Source of the DNA: Octopus sinensis
Taxonomy: Eukaryota
Assembly (NCBI RefSeq): GCF_006345805.1
Contig: NW_021824015.1
Span: 1 to 20,106, forward strand
DNA length: 20,106 nt
Reading direction: 5' to 3'
Positions 1 to 8,937 of the stretch are shown here, piece by piece. The notes beneath the pieces were generated by a model that did not search any database, was not told the DNA's origin, and worked only from the letters and a program-made list of their open reading frames with translations. Each line of letters starts with the position of its first letter. Position 1 is the stretch's first letter. Made by a program: the position numbers and the translations under genes.

Positions 1-636
1 ACTAAGCAATAAGGGTTTAGCAACGAATTGCCTTACCACATACCGAATTTAGAGAAATAGCAGTCAAAGGTTATAGCTATTTCTTCTACTAAAAAGGAGA
101 TCTCAGTAAAAACAGCATTTGGAAGGCAGACACAAAACAGGTAAGAGAGAATGAATTGACTGCAATCTATCATACGTTTTTTTAGTTATCTAAGACGTAC
201 GTTTCGAAATCAAGTTTTTAGGGAAAGCATAAGAATTAAATTTAATATTAAATAATTCTATCTTACCGAAATTCTTTTTCTTCAGAGTAGAATACTATAA
301 TCATAAATGATTATATATTGAATTTTGAGATACCAGAAGGCCAAACTCAACTCAGTATCAGAGCGAGCTAGAATCCGCAACTGGTATCACCGAATTCAAT
401 TGTGAATGAAACGATTGTGTCAACAGCCCCTTCCCACCCGCGTGTAGCCAAAACAAGATGCTGTGGTCATCTACTGAGATAAAATATGGTTATCCGTAAT
501 AATGAAGGGTGAAATTAATTAATTTGAAAAATTATCAATTACACCAAGTAGTCTTCGGCATGTAAAAGCCTCATTCGAGGAAAATTTAAGTAATACTAAG
601 CAATAAGGGTTTAGCAACGAATTGCCTTACCACATA
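1..636. mobile_element. Direct-repeat-bounded element (possible Penelope-like pseudo-LTR or tandem unit), truncated by the window start
   Basis: Bases 1-42 (actaagcaat...ccttaccacata) recur exactly at 595-636, a period of 594 bp, and the element ends in a TA run. No ORF. The family assignment is inference only. Confidence 0.4.
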
Positions 637-643
637 TATATAT

Positions 644-926
644 GGAGGCGCAATGGCCCAGTGGTTAGGGCAGCAGACTCACGGTCAGAGGGTCATGGTT
701 TTGATTCCCAGACCGGGCGTTGTGTGTGTTTATTGAGCGAAAACACCTAAAGGTCCACGAGGCTCCGGCAGAGGGTGGCGACCCCTGCTGTACTCTTTCG
801 CTGCAACTTTCTCTCACTCTTTCTTCTGTTGGCCTGCTCGCTTAGCCAGCAGGGTGGCATCATTTGAAGGCTAAAACAATGTTAAGTCCATTGTGACCAG
901 CGATGTGTAGCCTGGTCGATCACGTG
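644..926 (+). mobile_element. tRNA-derived SINE, family B (tRNA-Arg-like head)
   Basis: Pol III A-box tggcccagtgg at 654-664 and degenerate B-box ggttttgattcc at 697-708, followed by a non-tRNA body. TA runs flank both sides. Confidence 0.75.
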
Positions 927-936
927 ATATATATAT

Positions 937-1304
937 AAGAATTTTTTGCATAATAAGATAAAAAAAAGAAGGCTGTATAGAGCATTTATAGATAGGTCTT
1001 ACAGCTATTTCTAGGATATTTATTAATAATATCCCTTCATTGGAAACGGTGTGAGAGGAAAGTTAAGTCACAGTTAGTTTAGATGTCATACAAAATAGAG
1101 AGTGAGGTGGAGGAAAGAAAAAAGATGCAAGATATGTATGGGTATTGAAGTTGTAAATACATTTTAAAGGCATAAAGGTATATATGCAATATTCTAATAT
1201 CCTATGAGTAAAGTCCAACAGAGTTTAAAATGAGTCCTTCCAAATATAGAGTCTATAAGCAATGTAAGATTCCCTTATGAGTGAGATCCAGCAGATTTTT
1301 AAAC
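937..1304 (-). mobile_element. Putative Penelope-like element terminal remnant
   Basis: TA-flanked block containing a hammerhead-like fold at 996-1047. Minimal hammerheads are an established hallmark of Penelope-like pseudo-LTRs. No RT or GIY-YIG coding remnant was recognised. Confidence 0.4.
996..1047 (-). ncRNA. Degenerate minimal type I hammerhead ribozyme motif (probably inactive)
   Basis: Minus strand reads GTTT-CCAATGA-A-GGGATATT-attaata-AATATCCT-A-GAAA-TAGCTG-TA-AGAC: stem I, 8-bp stem II, GAAA, near-palindromic stem III and an NUH site. The core has 2 mismatches to CUGANGA. Confidence 0.4.
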
Positions 1305-1349
<45 letters not shown>

Positions 1350-1580
1350 TTCTTTTCTCTTTTACTTGTTTCAGTCATTTGACTGCGGCCATGCTGGAGC
1401 ACCGCCTTTAGTCGAGCAAATCCCTTATGAGTGAGATCCAGCAGATTTTTAAACATATGTATATATATATAGATATATATATATATATTATATATATATA
1501 TATATCTTTCTCTTTTCTCTTTTACTTGTTTCAGTCATTTGACTGCGGCCATGCTGGAGCACCGCCTTTAGTCGAGCAAA
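1271..1580. repeat. Tandem duplication, two units of 150 and 160 bp
   Basis: tcccttatgagtgagatccagcag starts at 1271 and at 1421. Each unit continues through a TA run into the SINE-A tail. The units differ mainly in the length of the TA run. Confidence 0.9.
1348..1422 (-). mobile_element. SINE family A, 3' tail fragment
   Basis: Matches the 3' ~75 bp of the adjacent copy at 1505-1840. Confidence 0.85.
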
Positions 1581-1840
1581 TCGACCCCGGGACTTATTCT
1601 TTGTAAGCCCAGTACTTATTCTATCGGTCTCTTTTGCCAAACCGCTAAGTGACGGGGACGTAAACGCACCAGCATCAGTTGTCAAGCAATGCTAGGGGGA
1701 CAAACACAGACACACAAACATATATATATATGTACATATATACGACAGGCTTCTTTCAGTTTCCATCTACCAAATTCACTCACAAGGCATTGGTCGGCCC
1801 AGAGCTATAGCAGAAGACACTTGCCCAAGATGCCACGCAG
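1505..1840 (-). mobile_element. SINE family A, 5'-truncated (tRNA head missing)
   Basis: Reverse complement aligns by eye to the full copy at 19289-19705, from ctgcgtggcatcttgggcaag to the tail. Confidence 0.9.
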
Positions 1841-2118
1841 ATATATATATACACATATATAATTGCTTATCATTAATAAGACCAAGGAAGGTCAAAACCA
1901 TGTGATCTGGAGGTGGTGGGGATATTTATCTTCTCACTTGCGATATAAACAGGAGTGAAATTTGCACCGAAGAGCCAATATGAGAGTATCTCTCGTGGCT
2001 CTTATCGCAGTATAGTCTGTTCTAACAGAACATCCACATTTAAATGGGGATAGTACCTTCTGATATACATGTGTGTTTATGTGTATGTATGCGTACACAC
2101 AAACACCCATATATCATT

Positions 2119-2150
<32 letters not shown>

Positions 2151-2367
2151 AATTATATATATTGTTTTCTGTCTGCTCCTGTTCTCTTCACCCAGAACCT
2201 CCTTCCAATTCCTTTCTTCTTTCTTTCTTTTTTCTGTTTCTTTTCTCCATGCTGTGTTTATGCTCAGCTTTTATTTATTTTTTTTTACTTCCTCCCAGTC
2301 TTCCATCTTTTTAATAGTATTTTCCTGCCTAATAACCTTTCACTGTGTACATCTATCTATCTAATAA

Positions 2368-2371
2368 ATAT

Positions 2372-2420
<49 letters not shown>

Positions 2421-2507
2421 GTTATATGTGTGTATATATATATATGTATATGTATGTATAATATATATGTATATGTATGTATATATGTTATATATATATA
2501 TATAGAT

Positions 2508-2552
<45 letters not shown>

Positions 2553-2575
2553 TGTATGTATATATATATATATTA

Positions 2576-2608
<33 letters not shown>

Positions 2609-2633
2609 TTATGTATATATATATATATATAAG

Positions 2634-2667
<34 letters not shown>

Positions 2668-2737
2668 ATATGGTGGTATATATGTGTATATATATGTTAT
2701 ATATATGTATATGTGTATATATATTATATATATAATA

Positions 2738-2770
<33 letters not shown>

Positions 2771-2805
2771 GTATATGTGTATATATATATATAATATATT
2801 ATATA

Positions 2806-2847
<42 letters not shown>

Positions 2848-2950
2848 ATATATGTAGTATATATGTATATGTGTATAATATATATATGTATATGTGTGTA
2901 TATATATATATACACATATACATATATATATACATATATATATATATATG
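2368..2950. repeat. Long imperfect (TA)n/(TATG)n microsatellite
   Basis: About 580 bp of TA dinucleotides with TG interruptions. Confidence 0.95.
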
Positions 2951-3152
2951 CGTATACATATTCTTTTACAAGATTTTAGCAAAAGCCCTTCCCACCTCTC
3001 GCTCCCTGCCCTCTCACTCTCTTTCTCGTTAAATTGTCTGGCATTATACATTATACACTATAAGTAGCTAATGTAGCCTCATTGGGACTTCACCAACTGA
3101 AGGCTGTGCCTGCTTTGCTCCGCTCTACCTTTCCTTTGAAGTGCCTAAGCAA

Positions 3153-3262
3153 TCATAATAATAATAATAACAATAATAATATTAATAATAATGATGATGA
3201 TAATAATAATAATAATAATAATAGTAATAATAATAATAATAATAGTAATAGTAATAATAATG
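3153..3262. repeat. (AAT)n microsatellite
   Basis: Imperfect aat run with aac, gat and agt variants. Confidence 0.95.
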
Positions 3263-3619
3263 ACAGCAACGTTACTAGTAATACTTTCTCTCCCATCCTT
3301 GCTATGATGGCAGAACTTCAATAAAGTGCTTTCGAAAGAGGTGTTTATACATATTGTCCTAAATGACCGCTAAAACTTGCTTCTATTTGGCCAGCTTCCA
3401 GTATACAACTGCAGCAGCAATAGGTTAACAGGCCTCGGCTCTCATCCTCCTCATCCTCGTCCTCCTCGTTTTTTTTTGTTTTCGTTTTTTTTTTCACTAT
3501 AAATTTATATTGTTTTTTTGAGGGGTTCTTTGCAGGGGGAATCAGGAGGTGGGTAGGTGTGTGGTCGGGTACGGGGATGAGTTGTATTGTGTTAATATTC
3601 AAAGTTAAACTTATCTATT

Positions 3620-4770
3620 ATTTTCTTCTCCATTTCCTTCCTCTTCTTCTTATTCTTCTCTATCTTCTTTTCCTTCTTCATCTCCTTCTTCTTCTTCTTC
3701 TTCTTCTTCATCTCCTTCTTCTTCTTCTTCTTCATCTCCTTCTTCTTCTTCTTCTTCATCTCCTTTTTCTTCTTCTTCTTCTGCTTCTGCTTCTTCTTCT
3801 TCTTCATCTCCTTTTTCTTCTTCATCCCCTTTTCTTCTTCTTCTTCTTCTTCTTCTTCTTCTTCTTCTTCTTCTTCTTCATCTCCTTTTTCTTCTTCTTC
3901 TTCTTCTTCTTCTTCATCTCCTTTTTCTTCTTCATCCCCTTTTTCTTCTTCTTCATCTCCTTTTTCTTCTTCATCCCCTTTTTCTTCTTCTACTTCTTCT
4001 TCTTCTTCTTCTCCTTCTTCTTCTCTTCCTCCTTTTTCTTCTTCTTCTTCTTCTTATCTTCCTTCCCTGTCTTCTCCATCTTTTTCTCTTTCTTCTGTCT
4101 TCTCTCTCACATTCTCACTACCATATTATTTTCTTCTTCTTCTTCTTCTTATCTTCCTTCCCTGTCTTCTCCATCTTTTTCTCTTTCTTCTGTCTTCTCT
4201 CTCACATTCTCACTACCATATTATTTTCTTCTTCTATATCTTCTTTTTCTTCTCTTCCATCTCCTCTTTCTTTTCCATTTTTCCTTCTCTTTTGTCTCCT
4301 TTACCTTTCCATCCTCTTCATCTTCTTCCTCTTCTTCTTCATCTTCTTTTTCATCTTCTCCGTCTTTTTCTCTCTTGCATTCTCACTATCTTTCTCTCTC
4401 TCTCTAGTTTTCTTCTGTCTCTCTCACACTTCTCCCACTCTGTCTCCTTTATTATACACGTATGGCGGTGCCCCAGCATGGCCACAGCTTGTGAGCTGAA
4501 ACTAGATAAATAAAAAATAAAAAAATAAATTACCTCTCACCCTCCCCTCTTTTTCTCTCTTTTTCATTCACTCCCTCTCGCTTTCACATCTTTGTTTTAC
4601 TCTCTCTGTTTCTCTCCATCTCTTCTCTACTCACTTCTGTTTCTTTACTTCTCCCCTCCTGTCCATTTTCTCTCTAGCTTTCTCTTTCAATTCTCACTTT
4701 TCTTGCTCTCCCCACTGCCCTTTTTACTCTCCTCTGCCTGCTCCCTCACTTTCTAAATCAGTCTCTTCTC
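3620..4770. repeat. Polypyrimidine low-complexity tract with (CTT)n core and an internal 95-bp duplication
   Basis: (CTT)n with recurring catctcc/catcccc interruptions over about 3640-4060. ttatcttccttccctg occurs at 4054 and 4149. Confidence 0.9.
4464..4520 (+). mobile_element. SINE-A-related 3' tail fragment
   Basis: ggcggtgccccagcatggccacag...gctgaaac resembles the family A tail ggcggtgctccagcatggccgcag...actgaaac. Confidence 0.55.
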
Positions 4771-4774
4771 TTAA

Positions 4775-4990
4775 CCCTTTAGTACTTAAACCGGCCATAT
4801 CTGGCCAAAATAGCTCTGTTTTATGTTCAAACTGACCAGGTCCAGGCTCTCACACCTACCCTACAATGTTATTCTACATTAAGTAATTACACCATCAAGA
4901 TCTTGAAGATATGGTATAATGCATGATTAATTCAAATCAATGGGAATCAATAGGCATTATGTTTGATTGAATAATCTGAACACTAAAGGG
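4775..4990. mobile_element. piggyBac-type MITE, 216 bp
   Basis: TTAA at 4771-4774 and 4991-4994 flank 9-bp perfect terminal inverted repeats (ccctttagt ... actaaaggg). A TTAA target duplication with CCC termini is diagnostic of the piggyBac superfamily. Confidence 0.8.
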
Positions 4991-5686
4991 TTAATGCAGA
5001 ATCCATTGAAATACATTAAATCATTTTAATTCAGTTAATCTGTTCATCAGAAATAAATTAAGTTTACAACTGTATTACTTCTTTCCATGACAATACATTA
5101 TTTATTGTTAAAGTAATGACATGTTTTAACCTTTAACACACTGTAAGTGCATCATGTCACTGTATAAGTTTTCTCCCTTGTAGTAACAGGGAAGTGGCAG
5201 GGGAGACAAATCTAGAGAAAATGTTGTGTGCTAAAGGTTAAACTAACTTTGTATTGTTATTTCAACATCAACAGCACAGAAGTACCACTTCAAGCCCAGT
5301 ATCAATAAATGTACTTGACTTCATTACACGTTTTTCTCAGAAATATCGTCTTGTACTAGTGGTAAAAATAATCATCATTAGCAAGTAGAAGGGACAGCTA
5401 TGGTGTTCACCGTTGCCTCCAGTTTTTGCTAATTTTTATACAACACATTGCTAGAACATAGATCTGAAGCATCTTCCATTGTCATGCACACATACTTTTC
5501 GACCATCTCTAAAAAGCTGTCCATGCATTTCTGGATAAAATGAACTCCATGTTGGGGAGGTTGGTTCCTTCTACCATTCTTCATTGTACCAGCACATTCT
5601 TTGAGCTGAATATTCATTGTGCTTCGGAAGCAGATTAGTGGCAAGTGTGAGGAAATACTTTAATACACAAAATAGAATATTGAAAT

Positions 5687-5907
5687 CTCTTTTACTCTTT
5701 TACTTGTTTCAGTCATTTGACTGTGGCCATGCTGGAGCGCCACCTTTAGTCAAGCAAATCGACCCCATGACTTATTCTTTGTAAGCCTAGTACTTATTCA
5801 ATTGGTCTCTTTTGCCAAACCGCTGAGTTACGGGGACGTAAACACACCAGTATCGGTTGTCAAGCAATGGTGGGGGGACAAACACAGACACACAAACATA
5901 TACACAC

Positions 5908-5948
<41 letters not shown>

Positions 5949-6100
5949 ACGACCTTCTTTCAGTTTCCGTCAACCAAATCCACTCACAAGGCTTTGGTTC
6001 GCCTGAGGCTATAGTAGAAGACACTTGCCCAAGGTGCCACGCAGTGGGACTGAACCCAGAACCATGTGGTTGGTAAGCAAGCTACTTAACACACAGCCAC
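5687..6100 (-). mobile_element. SINE family A, near full length
   Basis: Reverse complement begins at the A-box gtggctgtgtg, has B-box ggttcagtcc and an internal TA/CA microsatellite, and ends in aagtaaaagagtaaaagag. Confidence 0.92.
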
Positions 6101-6147
6101 TAAGTATTGTGCCTGGCGTGGTAACGATTCTGCCAGTTCACCACCTT
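6101..6147 (-). mobile_element. SINE family C, 5' head fragment
   Basis: Reverse complement aaggtggtgaactggcagaatcgttaccacgccaggc matches the head of the copy at 6877-7104. Confidence 0.65.
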
Positions 6148-6423
6148 GTATATTTATAATGATAATGAGAATAATAATCAGCACAGATGTGCAATTATTG
6201 GCAAAAACAACTCTGCCTATCCTCTGTGTTACCCAAATTATATATATATGTGTGTGCATGTAATTATGTATGTTTGTGTATGTATGTTGTGCTATGTATA
6301 TATTATATTATCCTGCATACTCTTCAGTATGATACAGAGCCAAGACTATCTCTGTAGTTGACTGCACAGGTTTAGCGGAGAGACAAGCTTTCAAAAATCC
6401 ACAACAAACCATATATCACGAGA

Positions 6424-6618
6424 AATGGTGTTGTAGATATAACATAAGCATTGTAAAATCTCTTACATTATTTATAACATTGCATACATTTATGGAAGAA
6501 TCTGCAACAACAAGGAATGGTGTTGCAGATATGATACAAGCGCTGTAAAAAAAAAAACGAAAAAAGATCTGAAATTATTTATAACATTGAATATATATAT
6601 GTGGTTGAATCTACAACA
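6424..6618. repeat. Degenerate tandem pair, each unit with inverted ends
   Basis: aatggtgttg(t/c)agatat at 6424 and 6516; attatttataacattg at 6467 and 6574; atct(g/a)caaca at 6500 and 6609. Confidence 0.7.
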
Positions 6619-6876
6619 GAGAACGAGGCAATCACTTAGGATCAGAATTTCTATGTTTTTAAAGCGAAATATCGAAATGACAAAAGTAAAAGAAAGGAAA
6701 GAAATGATAAATGATAGAAATTGTATGGTGCGAAAATAGAAACAATGGTCTGCTGTGAAATCAGATTTCCATTAAAGACATGAAACCATAATGGAAATAG
6801 AGGGGGGGGGAGATTAGAGAGAAGAGATGCAATGTGGACTAGAACCAATCTGGGATGGCAACAACAACAGCAACAA

Positions 6877-7104
6877 CAATAATAGTAATAATGTTTTCTA
6901 CTAAAGGCACAAGGCCTGAAATTTGGGGGGGTAAGGGACTAGTCGATTGCATCGACCCCAGTGAGTCACTGGTACTTAATTTATCAATCCTGGAAGAATG
7001 AAAGGCAAACTTGACCTTGGTAGAATTTGAACTCAGAATGTGAAGACAGACAAAATGCTGCTAAGCATTTTGCCCAGCATGCTAACTATTCTGCCAGCTC
7101 TGCC
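6877..7104 (-). mobile_element. tRNA-derived SINE, family C, diverged full-length copy
   Basis: Reverse complement has head ggcagagctggcagaatag, B-box-like gagttcaaattc, and a body shared with the 14542-15110 units (tttgcctttcat, gataaattaagtaccag, cactggggtcgat). The 3' tail differs. Confidence 0.8.
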
Positions 7105-7170
7105 TTGATACTAATACTAATATTACTACTACTACTACTTCTACTACTACTACTACTAATAATAATAATA

Positions 7171-7308
7171 ATAGCTTGCTTACCAACCACATGGTTCCGG
7201 GTTCAGTCCCGCTGTGTGGCATCTAGGGCAAGTGTCTTCTACTGTATACTCAGGCTGACCAAAGCCTTGTGAGTGGATTTGGTAGACAGAAACTGAAAGA
7301 AGCCCATC

Positions 7309-7359
<51 letters not shown>

Positions 7360-7575
7360 TGTATATGTTTGTGTGTCTCTGTCTGTCCCGTCCCCCCCAC
7401 CATTGCTTGACAACCGATGTTAGTGTGTTTACGTCCCTGTAACCTAGTGGTTCGGCAAAAGAAACTGATAGAATAAGTACTAGGCTTACAAAGAATAAGT
7501 CCTGGGGGCAATTTGTTCGACTAAAGACGGTGCTCCAGCATGGCCACAGTCAAATGACTGAAACAAATAAAAGAA
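7171..7575 (+). mobile_element. SINE family A, older copy missing about 20 bp of 5' end
   Basis: Colinear with 19289-19705, with many CpG-to-TpG/CpA changes. Confidence 0.92.
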
Positions 7576-7710
7576 TCAATGAGGAAGTATCTATATGGTT
7601 GTCCAGCCAAGCAGAAATATCAGTAAAGTTTCTCTCACACCTAACCATCATAAAAAGAGGAAGGGTATACAGAATAATGTGATCCTAGATCCACTCTGGT
7701 TGATATATAA

Positions 7711-8020
7711 GGGCCTGGCTCTTTGTCAGTTATGACAAGTCCCAGTTGATCTGATCAACTGAACAGCCTGCTTGTGAAATTAATATGCAAAGTGGCTGAG
7801 TACTTCACAGACACACATTACTTTGACTTAGTACTCCATGAGATTCAGTATAACACTGAATGTGACATGGCTGGCCCTTTTGAATTACAGGCAGGCACAA
7901 TTTGTTTTTGTCAGCTGGGTGAACTGCAGCAACATGAAATAAAGTGTCTTGCTTAAGGACACACCACACTGCAGGGAACCAAACTCCTGACCTTACAATC
8001 ATGAGCCAAATTCTCTCACC
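7711..8020 (-). mobile_element. tRNA-derived SINE, family D (old, diverged)
   Basis: Reverse complement has a decayed tRNA-like head, a CORE-like gtccttaagcaagacactt, and a body similar to the plus-strand copy at 16787-17001 (agtactc(a/g)gcca, ttaattt(c/a)acaagcaggctg, gatcaactgg). Confidence 0.7.
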
Positions 8021-8659
8021 CAAGGGTTCTCAACCATTTTTTTTTTTATCTATGGACCCCTTCAATTACTATCTTATTCTGGTGGATCCCCATAGCTATT
8101 TCATGTCTAAAAATTACTTTTATAGAAATCTCTTTCAAAATTCCGATTTTATTTTTCACATGGGCGGAGGAGTGGCTGTGTGGTAAGTAGCTTGTTTACC
8201 AACCACATGGTTCCAGGTTCAGTCCCACTGCGTGGCACATTGGGCAAGTGTCTTCGACTATAGCCTCGGGCCAACCAAAGCCTTGTGAGTGGATTTGGTA
8301 GACAGAAACTGAAAGAAGCCCATCGTATATATGCATGTGCGTGTATGTTTGTGTGTCTGTGTTTGTCCCCCAAGCATTGCTTGACAACCGATGCTGGTGT
8401 GTTTATGTCCCAGTCACTTAGCGGTTCGGCAAAAGAGACCGATAGAATAAGTACTGGGCTTACAAAGAATAAGTCCTGGGGTCGAGTTGCTCGATTAAAG
8501 GCGGTGCACCAGCATGGCCGCAGTCAAAATTACTGAAACAAGTAAAAAGAGAAAAGAGAAAAAGAGATATCAACTTGTGTAGGTTAAACTCTGTAAAATG
8601 TTAGAGAACGAAACCATGTTGTTTCTCTCAATACATACCAGTACATACATCTAAAGAAC
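8021..8659. mobile_element. hAT-type MITE copy 1, interrupted by a SINE A and lacking its right end
   Basis: Starts caagggttctcaacc. The segments 8021-8160 and 8567-8659 are colinear with the left and middle parts of the copy at 8660-8937. Confidence 0.65.
8163..8566 (+). mobile_element. SINE family A, full length, inserted in a MITE
   Basis: Head ggcggaggagtggctgtgtgg, B-box ggttcagtcc, tail aagtaaaaagagaaaagag. Confidence 0.93.
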
Positions 8660-8937
8660 GGGTTCTCAACCATTTCTTATCTTCAGACCCCTTTGATTAG
8701 TATTTTATTCTGGTGGACCCCTATACCCATTCAATGTCTAAAAACTTGTGTAGGTTGAATTATGTAAAATGTTAGAAAAAGAAACCTAGCTGTTTCTTGC
8801 AACACATACCAATACATAGATCTAAGGGAAAACTATTGTGGATCCCCAATTTAGTATTTTCTTGTGTGGACCCTCTTCCCCCAACAAATCTTATATGGAT
8901 CCTCAGGGGCCATATGGACCTCAGTCGAAAACCACTG
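8660..8937. mobile_element. hAT-type MITE copy 2
   Basis: Left end gggttctcaac and right end gtcgaaaaccactg. A cleaner right end, gttgagaaccactg, is at 16742-16755. CAG(T/G)GGTTCTCAA termini resemble Charlie-like hAT elements. No 8-bp TSD was found. Confidence 0.65.

Noticed and set aside
190-225. Minus-strand GAAAC-GTAC-GTC resembling a minimal hammerhead stem III
   Set aside because: No CUGANGA box or stem II upstream, and stem I cannot be placed.
644-720. tRNA gene
   Set aside because: It has A and B boxes but no complete cloverleaf or acceptor stem, and runs into a SINE body. The same applies to the family A heads.
2044-3032. ORFs of 95-167 aa rich in I, Y and C
   Set aside because: Translations of TA/TG and CAT microsatellites, which lack stops in several frames.
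3559-4407. Longest ORF (282 aa, L/F/S-rich, looks like a membrane protein)
   Set aside because: Translation of the (CTT)n polypyrimidine tract, with no real protein complexity.
5429-5644. 71-aa minus-strand ORF in a non-repetitive block
   Set aside because: No recognisable motif, weak splice signals, and a length expected by chance.
7743-7761. Perfect 9-bp inverted repeat cagttgatc-t-gatcaactg
   Set aside because: Part of the 3' region of SINE family D, with a diverged counterpart near 16970-16986. Not an independent feature.
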